Of a stretch of 40,731 nucleotides of DNA, positions 16,449-24,494 are shown in pieces (within the stretch, counting starts at the first letter, position 1; every line of letters starts with the position of its first letter). The stretch spans positions 1-40,731 of the forward strand of contig JALHOV010000004.1 in assembly GCA_022842865.1 (NCBI GenBank), given 5' to 3'. The notes under the pieces were generated by a model. The model did no database searches and had not been told where the DNA came from. It was given only the letters and a program-made list of their open reading frames with translations. The position numbers were made by a program, and so were the translations under genes. Origin of the DNA: Vulcanimicrobiota bacterium. GTDB lineage: Bacteria > Vulcanimicrobiota > Xenobia > Xenobiales > JADMJV01.

Positions 16449-16477
16449 ACACTATGCCTCACGTAGCGAATTGTCAA
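16449..16477 (-). promoter_or_regulatory. Sigma70-like promoter candidate for ndh
   Basis: On the minus strand: TTGACA (16477..16472), a 17-nt spacer, then TAGTGT (16454..16449). Confidence 0.4.
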
Positions 16478-16526
16478 TGCTTTTGTATCTATTTTGCACC
16501 GAAACCCGCCAGACTACTCACCCTGC

Positions 16527-16910
16527 TCAAGAAGCCGCCTGCGAACCAGGTCCCAAGGCCTGAATGACCCGGTCCAGGTCGCTTTGCTGGAGAGGCTTGC
16601 GCAGACAAGAGAGGGCCCCCGCAGCCAAACAGCGAGACTCATCCTGGTCGTTCAGCACCAGCGCCACCAGGGGAGTCTGCCCGGCGATCTGAGGGATGGC
16701 TTCCCAGCCAGCCATTTCCGGCATTTCTGAGTCAATCAAGAGCACGTCGAAGCTTTGCGTCTCGACAGCGGCCAGAGCCTCCCAGCCGGTGGTTGCAAGG
16801 TGAACGGAGCAACCCAACTTCTGGAGCTGCAGGGTGAAGCGGCGTTGGTTGAGTGGCAGATCTTCGGCTAACAGAACGCGCAGGCTGGTCATACCCTCGT
16901 TATCGGTCAA
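16527..16910 (-). CDS. Single-domain response regulator (CheY-like receiver)
   Basis: LRVLLAEDLPLNQ ... DVLLIDSEMPEMAG ... LVALV pattern. The TTG at 16910 overlaps the upstream stop (TTGA). Alternative ATG at 16892. Confidence 0.8.
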   Translation of the reverse strand: MTDNEGMTSLRVLLAEDLPLNQRRFTLQLQKLGCSVHLATTGWEALAAVETQSFDVLLIDSEMPEMAGWEAIPQIAGQTPLVALVLNDQDESRCLAAGALSCLRKPLQQSDLDRVIQALGPGSQAAS

Positions 16911-18751
16911 GGGCGCTGCAAGTTAAGGCTCCTTTCCAGTTGGTCGACGGGCGCCCCGGCGGCCAGCACTTCGCTGGCTCCCTTTTCCAAGACCTTGAGC
17001 GCCGTTCCCTCGTCGGGAGGATGGATGACGACCAGCGGGCAGCGCAGTCGCTCCACGGCCGTCCAAATCTCGGCCGTGTCGATCTTGGGAAGGCTCAAAT
17101 CAAGCAAGAGCCGTTCTGGCTTCCAGTCGGTCTGGGCCAGGTTGTCGCAAAACTCGGAAACCTCACGGATGACTTCGACGCGATGCTGCAGAGCGCGCAG
17201 CCGCTGAACCAACTGAGTGACTTCCGGGGTTTCGCCGGAAACAACCGCAATATGAAGCTGCCGGGGACGACGGCCAACTTCCATGACGGTGCCGTCCGGG
17301 CAGGTTTGCAGGCACTCTTGGAGGGGAGCCAGCAAGGCCACAAAATCGGCCCCATCAGCAGGACAAGAGGCGACCGAAGCAGCCCCTGAGACGCCGCTTT
17401 GCAGCAGGCGCTCGAGCAGATTCTTGCACGCCTCGCGACGAGTATCGTAGAGGCCGAGCAAAAGCGTGTCCTGGTCCCAACTCCCCAAGATATCTCCGGG
17501 TCTTCGCAGGATCTGACGGATCTCTTGGGCTGTCTGACTGAGCTGCTCCGGTTGCGAATTGCCGGGGCCGCGAAGCTGGAAAAGTGCCAGGCTGGCTGAA
17601 AGCTGCTGGCGGCGGGCCAGCTTGGTTAAAAGCGAGAGCATTTGCAAAGTTGCCTGTCGGCCAGGCAGTTGACTGCGCGGATCGACATCTCCCTGCAAAC
17701 GGAGTTCTCGGGAGCGCAAGAGCCGGTTGCGAAGGCGCCCCAAAAGTTCCACGGCATCGACGGGTTTGGCCAGGAAGTCGTCCGCCCCGGCCGCAAAGAC
17801 TTTGGATACGGTGTCGGCATCGCGGGAAGCGGTTAAAAATAAAACTGGAAGAGAATTCCAGCGGGAGTCACTGCGTAGGGCCAGGCACAAGTCTGTACCC
17901 GGACCTTCGGGCAGCACATAGTCGAGAATAACCAGCTCGGGACGGAATTCTTCCAAACTGGCGCCGAAATTTTGTTGCCCTTCCAACGTTCGAACCAGGA
18001 ACCCACCTTGAACTAGAATTCGCTCCAGAACCCGGCGGGTCACCCGATCATCCTCTACCAGCAAGATTCGGCTCCCCCTGGCCGCGCCGCGGGCGCGCTT
18101 GCGAACCATCAGTTCCAACACCTGATCGGGGGCAGTGGCCTGAGTCAGGATCAAGTCGGCGCCGGCCAGACTGAGGGCCACCCGGTCCTCAAAGGGAACG
18201 CGATGGATGACCGCCAGCAAAAAAGCCGATGGCAGCCTCTCGCGCAGTTGCTCGAGCAAGTGCAAACAGGTGGTAAAGTCTTGCTGCACGATGACCATTT
18301 CGAAACCCTGGGGAATCTCTTCTAGCAGCGACGGTTGCAAGGTCAGCACTCGCAATCCGTGGCGTCGAGCGGCTAACGTCATGGCATCGGCATAGGCCGT
18401 CTGTCCGGCGCACAACCAGAGCTGGCTGAGGGCCGGTTGGGACAGGGCGGAAGCATCGGCCTGACGGGTAAATTCTCGGCGTAACCAGAGCAACCAGGGG
18501 GCCAACTCCTCGGGACGAACCTCGGGATAGGCCAACAGCTCTGCCACCTTCTCCGCGTAGCGACTGGCTTCCGACAGCCCGACACCGCGAAACCGGTCGC
18601 CCAAGGCCAGAGCATTGCTGAGGGCGTACTCGCGCATCGTGGCGTCTCCGCTGCCCCGCAGAGAGGCCTGCAGGTACACTTGAATCGGTTGCAAGTGCTC
18701 TAAAGAAACCTCCACAAAGCGATTCCAAGTGCTTTCTAAGGAGGCATCCAT
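16907..18751 (-). CDS. Multi-domain regulator: one canonical receiver, degenerate receiver-like modules and a degenerate GGDEF-like domain
   Basis: Canonical REC (RILLVEDDRVTRRVL ... LVILDYVLPEGPG ... LFLTA ... KPV) is followed by DPRSQLPGRQ and ...DILGSWDQDTLLL where GGDEF would sit. I chose the ATG at 18751 over 18820, which would lie 3 nt from the divergent gene. Confidence 0.65.
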   Translation of the reverse strand: MDASLESTWNRFVEVSLEHLQPIQVYLQASLRGSGDATMREYALSNALALGDRFRGVGLSEASRYAEKVAELLAYPEVRPEELAPWLLWLRREFTRQADASALSQPALSQLWLCAGQTAYADAMTLAARRHGLRVLTLQPSLLEEIPQGFEMVIVQQDFTTCLHLLEQLRERLPSAFLLAVIHRVPFEDRVALSLAGADLILTQATAPDQVLELMVRKRARGAARGSRILLVEDDRVTRRVLERILVQGGFLVRTLEGQQNFGASLEEFRPELVILDYVLPEGPGTDLCLALRSDSRWNSLPVLFLTASRDADTVSKVFAAGADDFLAKPVDAVELLGRLRNRLLRSRELRLQGDVDPRSQLPGRQATLQMLSLLTKLARRQQLSASLALFQLRGPGNSQPEQLSQTAQEIRQILRRPGDILGSWDQDTLLLGLYDTRREACKNLLERLLQSGVSGAASVASCPADGADFVALLAPLQECLQTCPDGTVMEVGRRPRQLHIAVVSGETPEVTQLVQRLRALQHRVEVIREVSEFCDNLAQTDWKPERLLLDLSLPKIDTAEIWTAVERLRCPLVVIHPPDEGTALKVLEKGASEVLAAGAPVDQLERSLNLQRP

Positions 18752-18823
18752 GGGGCCCTGGTTTGACGCGGGCTGTCCGGCTCCTCGAAGGGAAGCCCCG
18801 CAGAAGCTGCGAAACGCCACAGC

Positions 18824-19798
18824 TTGCCTGCGCTTTTCCTGATAGCAGCCGTGTTCTGCCAGCTTTACTCCCTCTCGGCTCTAGCCGGTCAAGAGGAGTT
18901 GCTCTTCCTGGCGACTCACCTGAGCGGAGCCGGCTTAAGCTGGCTTGGTCTGCGCCACCGAGCCGCTTTGAAAGGATTGGGGCTACTCTTGACTGGATTC
19001 CTACCGGGTCTGAGTGCTCTTTGTCTGCTTTGCTGGAGTCTAATGCACAACCCTGAGGAATGTGAGGGCATTCTCTCCTTGGATCCCAAGCAGGCCCGCG
19101 AACGCTCGGTTTTAGGACGCGAGGCTTTGCGGCTGGAATGCTTGAGACTGGAAGCCAGCCTGGACGCCTCCAAACACGATGTAGCCAGCCTTCGTGGACT
19201 GGATGACTCGATTCACCTGAGCGCTAAGGTCAAACGGCTACGCGATGTGCTGAACAATCCTCAATCGCGGGCCTACCATTTGGCCAAATCGCAATGGGCC
19301 AAACTGCAAGAAAATTATACCCGCCGCTTGAGTCAACTGACCGACAGCCTGCGCAGCCTGCGCGAGGATGATCGTCTACCCGTGCTGCAGGAATTGGCCC
19401 GGTTGGAATGGGACTTCGCCAGTAGCGGTTTGCTCGAGCAAGGGATGGCCTCGTTTTACCAGGAGCAGGCGCTGGCTCGTCTGGCTGAACTGATTGGCCG
19501 CGACCCCGGCAATTCCAAGTGGGTCTTAAATCGAATTGACATCTTCCTGGCCCGTGGCCAATACGCCGAAGCCTGGGAGGAGGTCCATCAATCCTTGCTC
19601 GCCTTTCCGGATCAGGCGGATCTTCAATTGCGTCGTCTGATGATTCGTTATCAGGCCTGTCAGAGAGTCACGCCTGCGCCTGTTCAGGAGCTATTGAATA
19701 CCGCTTGGGAACTTCGCCAAAGGCCGGACTTGATCGCCAGTTTAGAACCGAAGCTGCGAGAAAGCGCTATGTACTGGTTGGATGTGCAGCTGTGCTAG
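18824..19798 (+). CDS. PelE-like inner-membrane/TPR-like helical protein (tentative)
   Basis: About 320 aa with N-terminal hydrophobic helices and a helical C-terminal region. Lies immediately upstream of and overlapping pelF. Called from position and architecture only. The start codon is uncertain. Confidence 0.45.
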   Translation: MPALFLIAAVFCQLYSLSALAGQEELLFLATHLSGAGLSWLGLRHRAALKGLGLLLTGFLPGLSALCLLCWSLMHNPEECEGILSLDPKQARERSVLGREALRLECLRLEASLDASKHDVASLRGLDDSIHLSAKVKRLRDVLNNPQSRAYHLAKSQWAKLQENYTRRLSQLTDSLRSLREDDRLPVLQELARLEWDFASSGLLEQGMASFYQEQALARLAELIGRDPGNSKWVLNRIDIFLARGQYAEAWEEVHQSLLAFPDQADLQLRRLMIRYQACQRVTPAPVQELLNTAWELRQRPDLIASLEPKLRESAMYWLDVQLC

Positions 19799-21246
19799 AT
19801 GTCGTTCTTTTTTGCGAAGGTACCTACCCCTATGTTTCGGGCGGCGTCAGCAGCTGGATTCACGGGCTCGTCGAGGGGATGCCGGACTTGAAATTTGGCC
19901 TGGTCTACCTGCTGCCGTCCCGATCCACCGAGCGCCGCCCCAAGTTTGAAGTGCCGGACTCCGTCCAAGAAATCCTCGAAGTTTATCTCTACGACGTGGT
20001 GCCGGTGCCTCAAAGCCGGCGGAAAGCCCCCGATGCCAGGGCCTGGGAGGCAACCGAGCAGTTTTTTCGGGGTATCCTGAAGGGAAAGATCGAAAATTTC
20101 CCGGCCATTTTTCCCCATTTGTCAGGATTAAGCATTCACCAACTGGCCTACTCACGCCAAAGCTGGGACATTCTTACAAAAATTTACCAGGAAATTGCAC
20201 CCGACTTTCCCTTTTCAGATTTTTTCTGGAACTGGCGATTCATGTGCTTTCCCGTGCTGCAATTACTGCAAGTTCCCATTCCCGAGGCCCGTTGTTACCA
20301 CACCGTTACCACTGGTTGGTCCGGGCTCTTGGGAGTATTAGCCAAGCTGCGCAGCGGCCGTCCTTTGCTGCTCACCGAACACGGAATTTATACCAATGAA
20401 CGTCGTATCGAAATTGTCCAGGCGGACTGGATCTACGTGGAGAGGGGGGGAGACCTGCGCAGCGACAGCTTTGGCATCTTGAAGTCGATGTGGATCCATC
20501 TCTTTCAATCGCTGGGACAGCTCTGTTATGACAACTCGGACCGAATCTACACCCTCTTTGAGGGAAATCGGCGGCTTCAAATCGAGTCCGGGGCGGACCC
20601 GGAGAAGATCGAAATCTTGCCCAACGGAGTGCATCTGGATCGCTTTTGCCCCCCCAGTCAACCTACCCCCAAGCAGGAATTTAGCCTGGGTTTTGTGGGC
20701 CGCGTGGTTCCCATCAAAGATGTGCGCAGTTTTGTGGAGGCCTGTCGCTTGCTGCTTGACCAGGGAGTCCAGGCGACAGCCTACATTATCGGTCCAACCG
20801 AAGAAGACCCGGAATACTTTCACGGCTGTCAGACCTTGTCGGAAATGTTGGGAATCCAGCATTCCATTCGCTTTCTGGGTCCGCAAAACGTCCGCGATTG
20901 GTATCCCCAACTCGATGTGCTGGTTTTGACCTCGGTCAGCGAAGGCCAGCCTCTGGTGATTCTGGAGGGCTTTTGCTATGGATTGCCTTGCGTGGCCACC
21001 GATGTTGGGGCCTGCTCGGAATTGATTTACGGGCGTGAGGGAGAAGATCGAGATCTCGGTTCAGCAGGTTTTGTGACCCGGGTCGGAGCTCCAGCAGAGA
21101 CGGCCCAGGCTCTGCTGCAACTGGCCGAAGACAAAGAACTCCGTCAACGTATGGGCCGCAGTGGTCAAGAACGGGTCCGCCGCTACTACGATTTTGCCGA
21201 CCTTCGGCTTCGGTATCATCAGATCTACAAAGAAAAGGGGGCCTGA
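19792..21246 (+). CDS. pelF: PelF-type GT4 glycosyltransferase
   Basis: N-terminal VVLFCEGTYPYVSGGVSSWIHGLVEGMP matches the characteristic PelF/DUF3492 N-terminus. The C-terminal GT4 region includes LVLTSVSEGQPLVILEG. The GTG at 19792 overlaps the upstream stop. Confidence 0.85.
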   Translation: MLDVVLFCEGTYPYVSGGVSSWIHGLVEGMPDLKFGLVYLLPSRSTERRPKFEVPDSVQEILEVYLYDVVPVPQSRRKAPDARAWEATEQFFRGILKGKIENFPAIFPHLSGLSIHQLAYSRQSWDILTKIYQEIAPDFPFSDFFWNWRFMCFPVLQLLQVPIPEARCYHTVTTGWSGLLGVLAKLRSGRPLLLTEHGIYTNERRIEIVQADWIYVERGGDLRSDSFGILKSMWIHLFQSLGQLCYDNSDRIYTLFEGNRRLQIESGADPEKIEILPNGVHLDRFCPPSQPTPKQEFSLGFVGRVVPIKDVRSFVEACRLLLDQGVQATAYIIGPTEEDPEYFHGCQTLSEMLGIQHSIRFLGPQNVRDWYPQLDVLVLTSVSEGQPLVILEGFCYGLPCVATDVGACSELIYGREGEDRDLGSAGFVTRVGAPAETAQALLQLAEDKELRQRMGRSGQERVRRYYDFADLRLRYHQIYKEKGA

Positions 21247-21248
21247 GC

Positions 21249-22670
21249 GTGGCGGGTATCGGGTTCAAGCTACGCCAACTGTCCCGCCAGGGATTCGAAG
21301 TTCAGGGTTATCTTGGAGCGGCCGTTGTGTCATGCGGTCCATGGCTATTTACCGTGTTCTCGCTCTTATTGTCTCAGTGGATTGCCGGCGAGGATAGAGA
21401 TCTCGATCTCTACCGGGCTCTGATTACCTATGCATTTGCCTTCAGTCTGCTTTTCACTTCCCTGTTCCAGAATGTGGTCACCCGCTACCTGGCCGACCGG
21501 ATCCATCAAAATGACGCCTCCCGCCACTGGCCGGCCCTGGCTGGAGTGTCGGTTTTTGTGGTCCCTGGAGCCTGGCTCTTGGGCCTGGCCCTTTTCGGTG
21601 GTTGTCCCATGGCTTTGAGCCAGAAAATCCAGGCAATCACCCTGCTGGTGTTGATTTCTCAGAACTGGATTTACACCATCTTCGTCGGTGCCGTGCGCGC
21701 ATATCGATGGATCGTTCTGGCTTTCGCCCTGGGTGCCGGGGCCACGATTTTAGCCGCCCTTCAGGTCAATCTTTTGACGGCATTTGTGCTCGGACAGTTT
21801 CTAGTGGGCGCTCTGCTGGTCGCCTCGCTGGTTCGCGAATTTCCCATCGGGCCCAAGCAGTGGGACTTTGAATGGGTGGAGTATATTCGTCGTTTTGCGG
21901 GGCTGGGAACGGCCGGAACCTGCATGCAGCTGGCCGTCTGGGTGGGGGTGTTTACCTATTGGATTTCCCCAGAAGCGAGCAGCGTGGCCGGACTGCGTTT
22001 TTTTCCCCGGCACGACCTGTGCATGTTCATTGGGATGTTAAGCACCGTTCCCACCGTGACTCTCTTTTTTCTTCAAACCGAGACTTCGTTTTATGAAGCC
22101 TATCGCGCCTTTTTCTTCGGCATTCTGGAAGGCAAAATTCGCCTCAGCGACCTGCAGTTGCACAAAAGCCAGATGAGGCAAATTTTGCTGGGTTCTCTAA
22201 CTCGAGTGGCGCGCTTGCAATTTCTGGTTAGCCTGCCTCTCATTTTCTACAGTCACGAAGTCTTGGGTTGGCTTGGCTTGCCCCAGGAATGGAGCCTCAA
22301 TTTACAGTTCGCTGTGGGAGGCTCGTTGATGCTTGCCTTTTTCCAGTGCGCCGTCATCCTTCTCTACTACTACGAACTCTACACCCAGGCCGCCCGCGTT
22401 TGCCTGGTATTCCTCTGCATTCACACCCTGTTTGCTCATCTCAGTCTTAGTTGGGGACCAGAGAGCTACGGTATCGGGCTGCTGCTGGGCAGCCTGATTG
22501 GCTTCGTCTGGTCGACTCAGCTCTTGCGTAACCACATTCATTCCCTGGAATTTTATACTTTCACGGGACAACCAATGCCTGGGACCCTGGACACGGTCCC
22601 GCCCGGTGAAGAATTTTCTCGCCAGGTTCGAAAAGACGGGCGCTGGTTAGTCGATTGGCAAAGCCCATGA
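21249..22670 (+). CDS. pelG: PelG-type polytopic membrane protein (exopolysaccharide export)
   Basis: Characteristic MAGIGFKLRQL N-terminus and about 12 hydrophobic segments. Lies immediately after pelF. Confidence 0.85.
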   Translation: MAGIGFKLRQLSRQGFEVQGYLGAAVVSCGPWLFTVFSLLLSQWIAGEDRDLDLYRALITYAFAFSLLFTSLFQNVVTRYLADRIHQNDASRHWPALAGVSVFVVPGAWLLGLALFGGCPMALSQKIQAITLLVLISQNWIYTIFVGAVRAYRWIVLAFALGAGATILAALQVNLLTAFVLGQFLVGALLVASLVREFPIGPKQWDFEWVEYIRRFAGLGTAGTCMQLAVWVGVFTYWISPEASSVAGLRFFPRHDLCMFIGMLSTVPTVTLFFLQTETSFYEAYRAFFFGILEGKIRLSDLQLHKSQMRQILLGSLTRVARLQFLVSLPLIFYSHEVLGWLGLPQEWSLNLQFAVGGSLMLAFFQCAVILLYYYELYTQAARVCLVFLCIHTLFAHLSLSWGPESYGIGLLLGSLIGFVWSTQLLRNHIHSLEFYTFTGQPMPGTLDTVPPGEEFSRQVRKDGRWLVDWQSP

Positions 22671-23968
22671 AGACTCCTCGATTTTTGCTGAGCCTGGTCG
22701 CCAGCATGGCGACCCTGGGATGGCTGGGACAAAATTCGGCCCTGCTCGGTTATGTCAATGGGCTGGAGCTGCTGGTGGTGAACGTTCTAACGGTGGCCTA
22801 TGGCTGGCGCCAGGGGCTGGTGGCAGCAGGCGCCGGCATGCTTTTGCAGTTCAGTCTCCCCGAACCGGACGAACACCTGATGTATCAGCTCCTCTTTCAG
22901 TCGCTTCTGCTCGGGCTGGTCGCCGATTCGCTGAGGGCGTCCCCCAAGCTGAAAAGCCAGCTTTTATTGCAGGGAGCCGAGTTATTGGAGGCCCGAGAAA
23001 AGGCGGACGTTTTGAGCTCAGCCCAGCAGCTACTCAAGCAAGAGGTGGACTTGCTGGGCGACGTGCAGGGAGCGCTGGCCCGCCTCGCGGAACAAATCCT
23101 CGCCTTAACCAGCGCCGAAGAGGTGCAGGCCACCCTGGTAGCGGTGGCGGCCACTCAATTCGGAGCGGGTCGAGGGGCTCTCTGGGGCCTGGAAGGAGAA
23201 GAATTCCGAGTTCTGGCCAGCTACGGATGGCCTGATGCTCCCGAGACCGGGCCTGTCAGCGACCTGCCTTTGGTGATGCAGGCATACGATGAAAAAACGC
23301 TGCGTTCCATCCAAAATTACCCAATTTCGGGGGCGAGTGGCAATCAGCCAGCCTGGCTCTGGGCCTGCCCGCTGGTCAACCCACTCAATGGGCGCGTTCT
23401 GGGGGTGCTGACCTTGGACCGAATCCCCTTTCATCGATTTACACGTGGTTACGCCGCCACTCTGGAGGCCATCTGTGGAATGGGAGCGCGGGCGCTGGGT
23501 CAGCTGCATAGCGACCTTCACGGATCGGGTCATTCGGCAGAGGCTTGGGAATGGCTGGACCTGCTCAGTCCTTCCGACTTCTTGCGCAGACTGCGGCGAG
23601 CCTGTCTGGAATTGGCTCAAGGCGGCAGTTCCAATTTCTGTGTCTTGAGTATACGCAATCCAGGTAGTTTCCCGGTGGCGGAAAGAGCAGCTCTGGTGGT
23701 GGCCCGTTGCAACCTTCGACCGGAGGATCTCGCCGGCAAAAACCGCCGAGGAGATCTGCTCTTTATGCTGCCCAACACGCGCCTGGATGCGGCCCGCAGA
23801 TTGCTGCTCGAGATCGGCCAGCAATTGCGGGAATTCGCCCCCTGCTGGCTCAAAGGAAACCCGGACTATTGGATGGGAGTGGTGGAAGGGGACTGTCGGC
23901 CCGAGGCCGAGCAAATCCTGGTCTGCCTGGAGGAGGGACTCAAACCATGTCATCTGATGACGAATTAG
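22667..23968 (+). CDS. pelD: PelD-like c-di-GMP receptor (TM helices, GAF-like domain, degenerate GGDEF)
   Basis: The ATG at 22667 overlaps the pelG stop (ATGA). Has an N-terminal hydrophobic region and a central GAF-like region. The C-terminal degenerate GGDEF keeps RPED at the I-site position, with RRGDL replacing GGDEF (23717..23758). Confidence 0.6.
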   Translation: MKTPRFLLSLVASMATLGWLGQNSALLGYVNGLELLVVNVLTVAYGWRQGLVAAGAGMLLQFSLPEPDEHLMYQLLFQSLLLGLVADSLRASPKLKSQLLLQGAELLEAREKADVLSSAQQLLKQEVDLLGDVQGALARLAEQILALTSAEEVQATLVAVAATQFGAGRGALWGLEGEEFRVLASYGWPDAPETGPVSDLPLVMQAYDEKTLRSIQNYPISGASGNQPAWLWACPLVNPLNGRVLGVLTLDRIPFHRFTRGYAATLEAICGMGARALGQLHSDLHGSGHSAEAWEWLDLLSPSDFLRRLRRACLELAQGGSSNFCVLSIRNPGSFPVAERAALVVARCNLRPEDLAGKNRRGDLLFMLPNTRLDAARRLLLEIGQQLREFAPCWLKGNPDYWMGVVEGDCRPEAEQILVCLEEGLKPCHLMTN

Positions 23969-24114
23969 CAGAATTGCTGGCCGATCTGTCCGGCCGACCG
24001 GACGACAACGAACTTCGCCATCGCTTGATCGCTTATTGTCTAGAGAAAGGCGACCCTGTCAGTCTTCAGTTGGCCTGCCAGCATTTCAGCCTCATTCTAT
24101 TGCAACGTGATTGA
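23947..24114 (+). CDS. Possible small acidic/helical protein (55 aa)
   Basis: The ATG at 23947 overlaps the pelD-like 3' end, and the ORF ends where the STAS gene starts. No recognisable domain. Confidence 0.25.
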   Translation: MSSDDELAELLADLSGRPDDNELRHRLIAYCLEKGDPVSLQLACQHFSLILLQRD

Positions 24115-24451
24115 AGTCTGCTACCGAGGGAAAGTGGCCCACTTGCGCTGTCAGGGTCAACTGGGAGCGGAAGCTTATTCGCGCTTTTTGCAACTGGCAC
24201 TGGACTGGCCCGAGCGCAAGGCCCGCCACCTGGTGTTCGATTGCTCTCAGGTCGGTGACTGGGAGGCTTTGGCCTACCGAGGCTTGATTCAATTGGCCAA
24301 CGCCGTCCTGGTCGGCGGGGGGCAGGTGGTTCTGGTGGCTCTGGATCCACGCTTTCGGCAGCAACTGAGTCGGGCCTACATGGAAGACTGCTTTCTGTAT
24401 TGTAGCGACCAGACCCAGGCTCGCCAGATCCTGCTCCAATATAGCTGGTAG
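24107..24451 (+). CDS. STAS-domain protein (anti-sigma-factor-antagonist-like)
   Basis: About 114 aa with the pattern ...HLVFDCSQV....A.RGLIQLA......GGQVVLVALDPRFRQQL....., typical of SpoIIAA/STAS folds. Confidence 0.6.
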   Translation: MIEVCYRGKVAHLRCQGQLGAEAYSRFLQLALDWPERKARHLVFDCSQVGDWEALAYRGLIQLANAVLVGGGQVVLVALDPRFRQQLSRAYMEDCFLYCSDQTQARQILLQYSW

Positions 24452-24494
24452 AGCGAAGCCAGGAAGTTTCAGGCTTACAGGGGAAGCGCGAGGG

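Noticed and set aside
18752-18820. The longest-ORF start at 18820 for the multi-receiver regulator.
   Set aside because: It would leave only 3 nt between divergent start codons (18820 and 18824), with no room for promoters. The ATG at 18751 is preferred, though neither start is verified.
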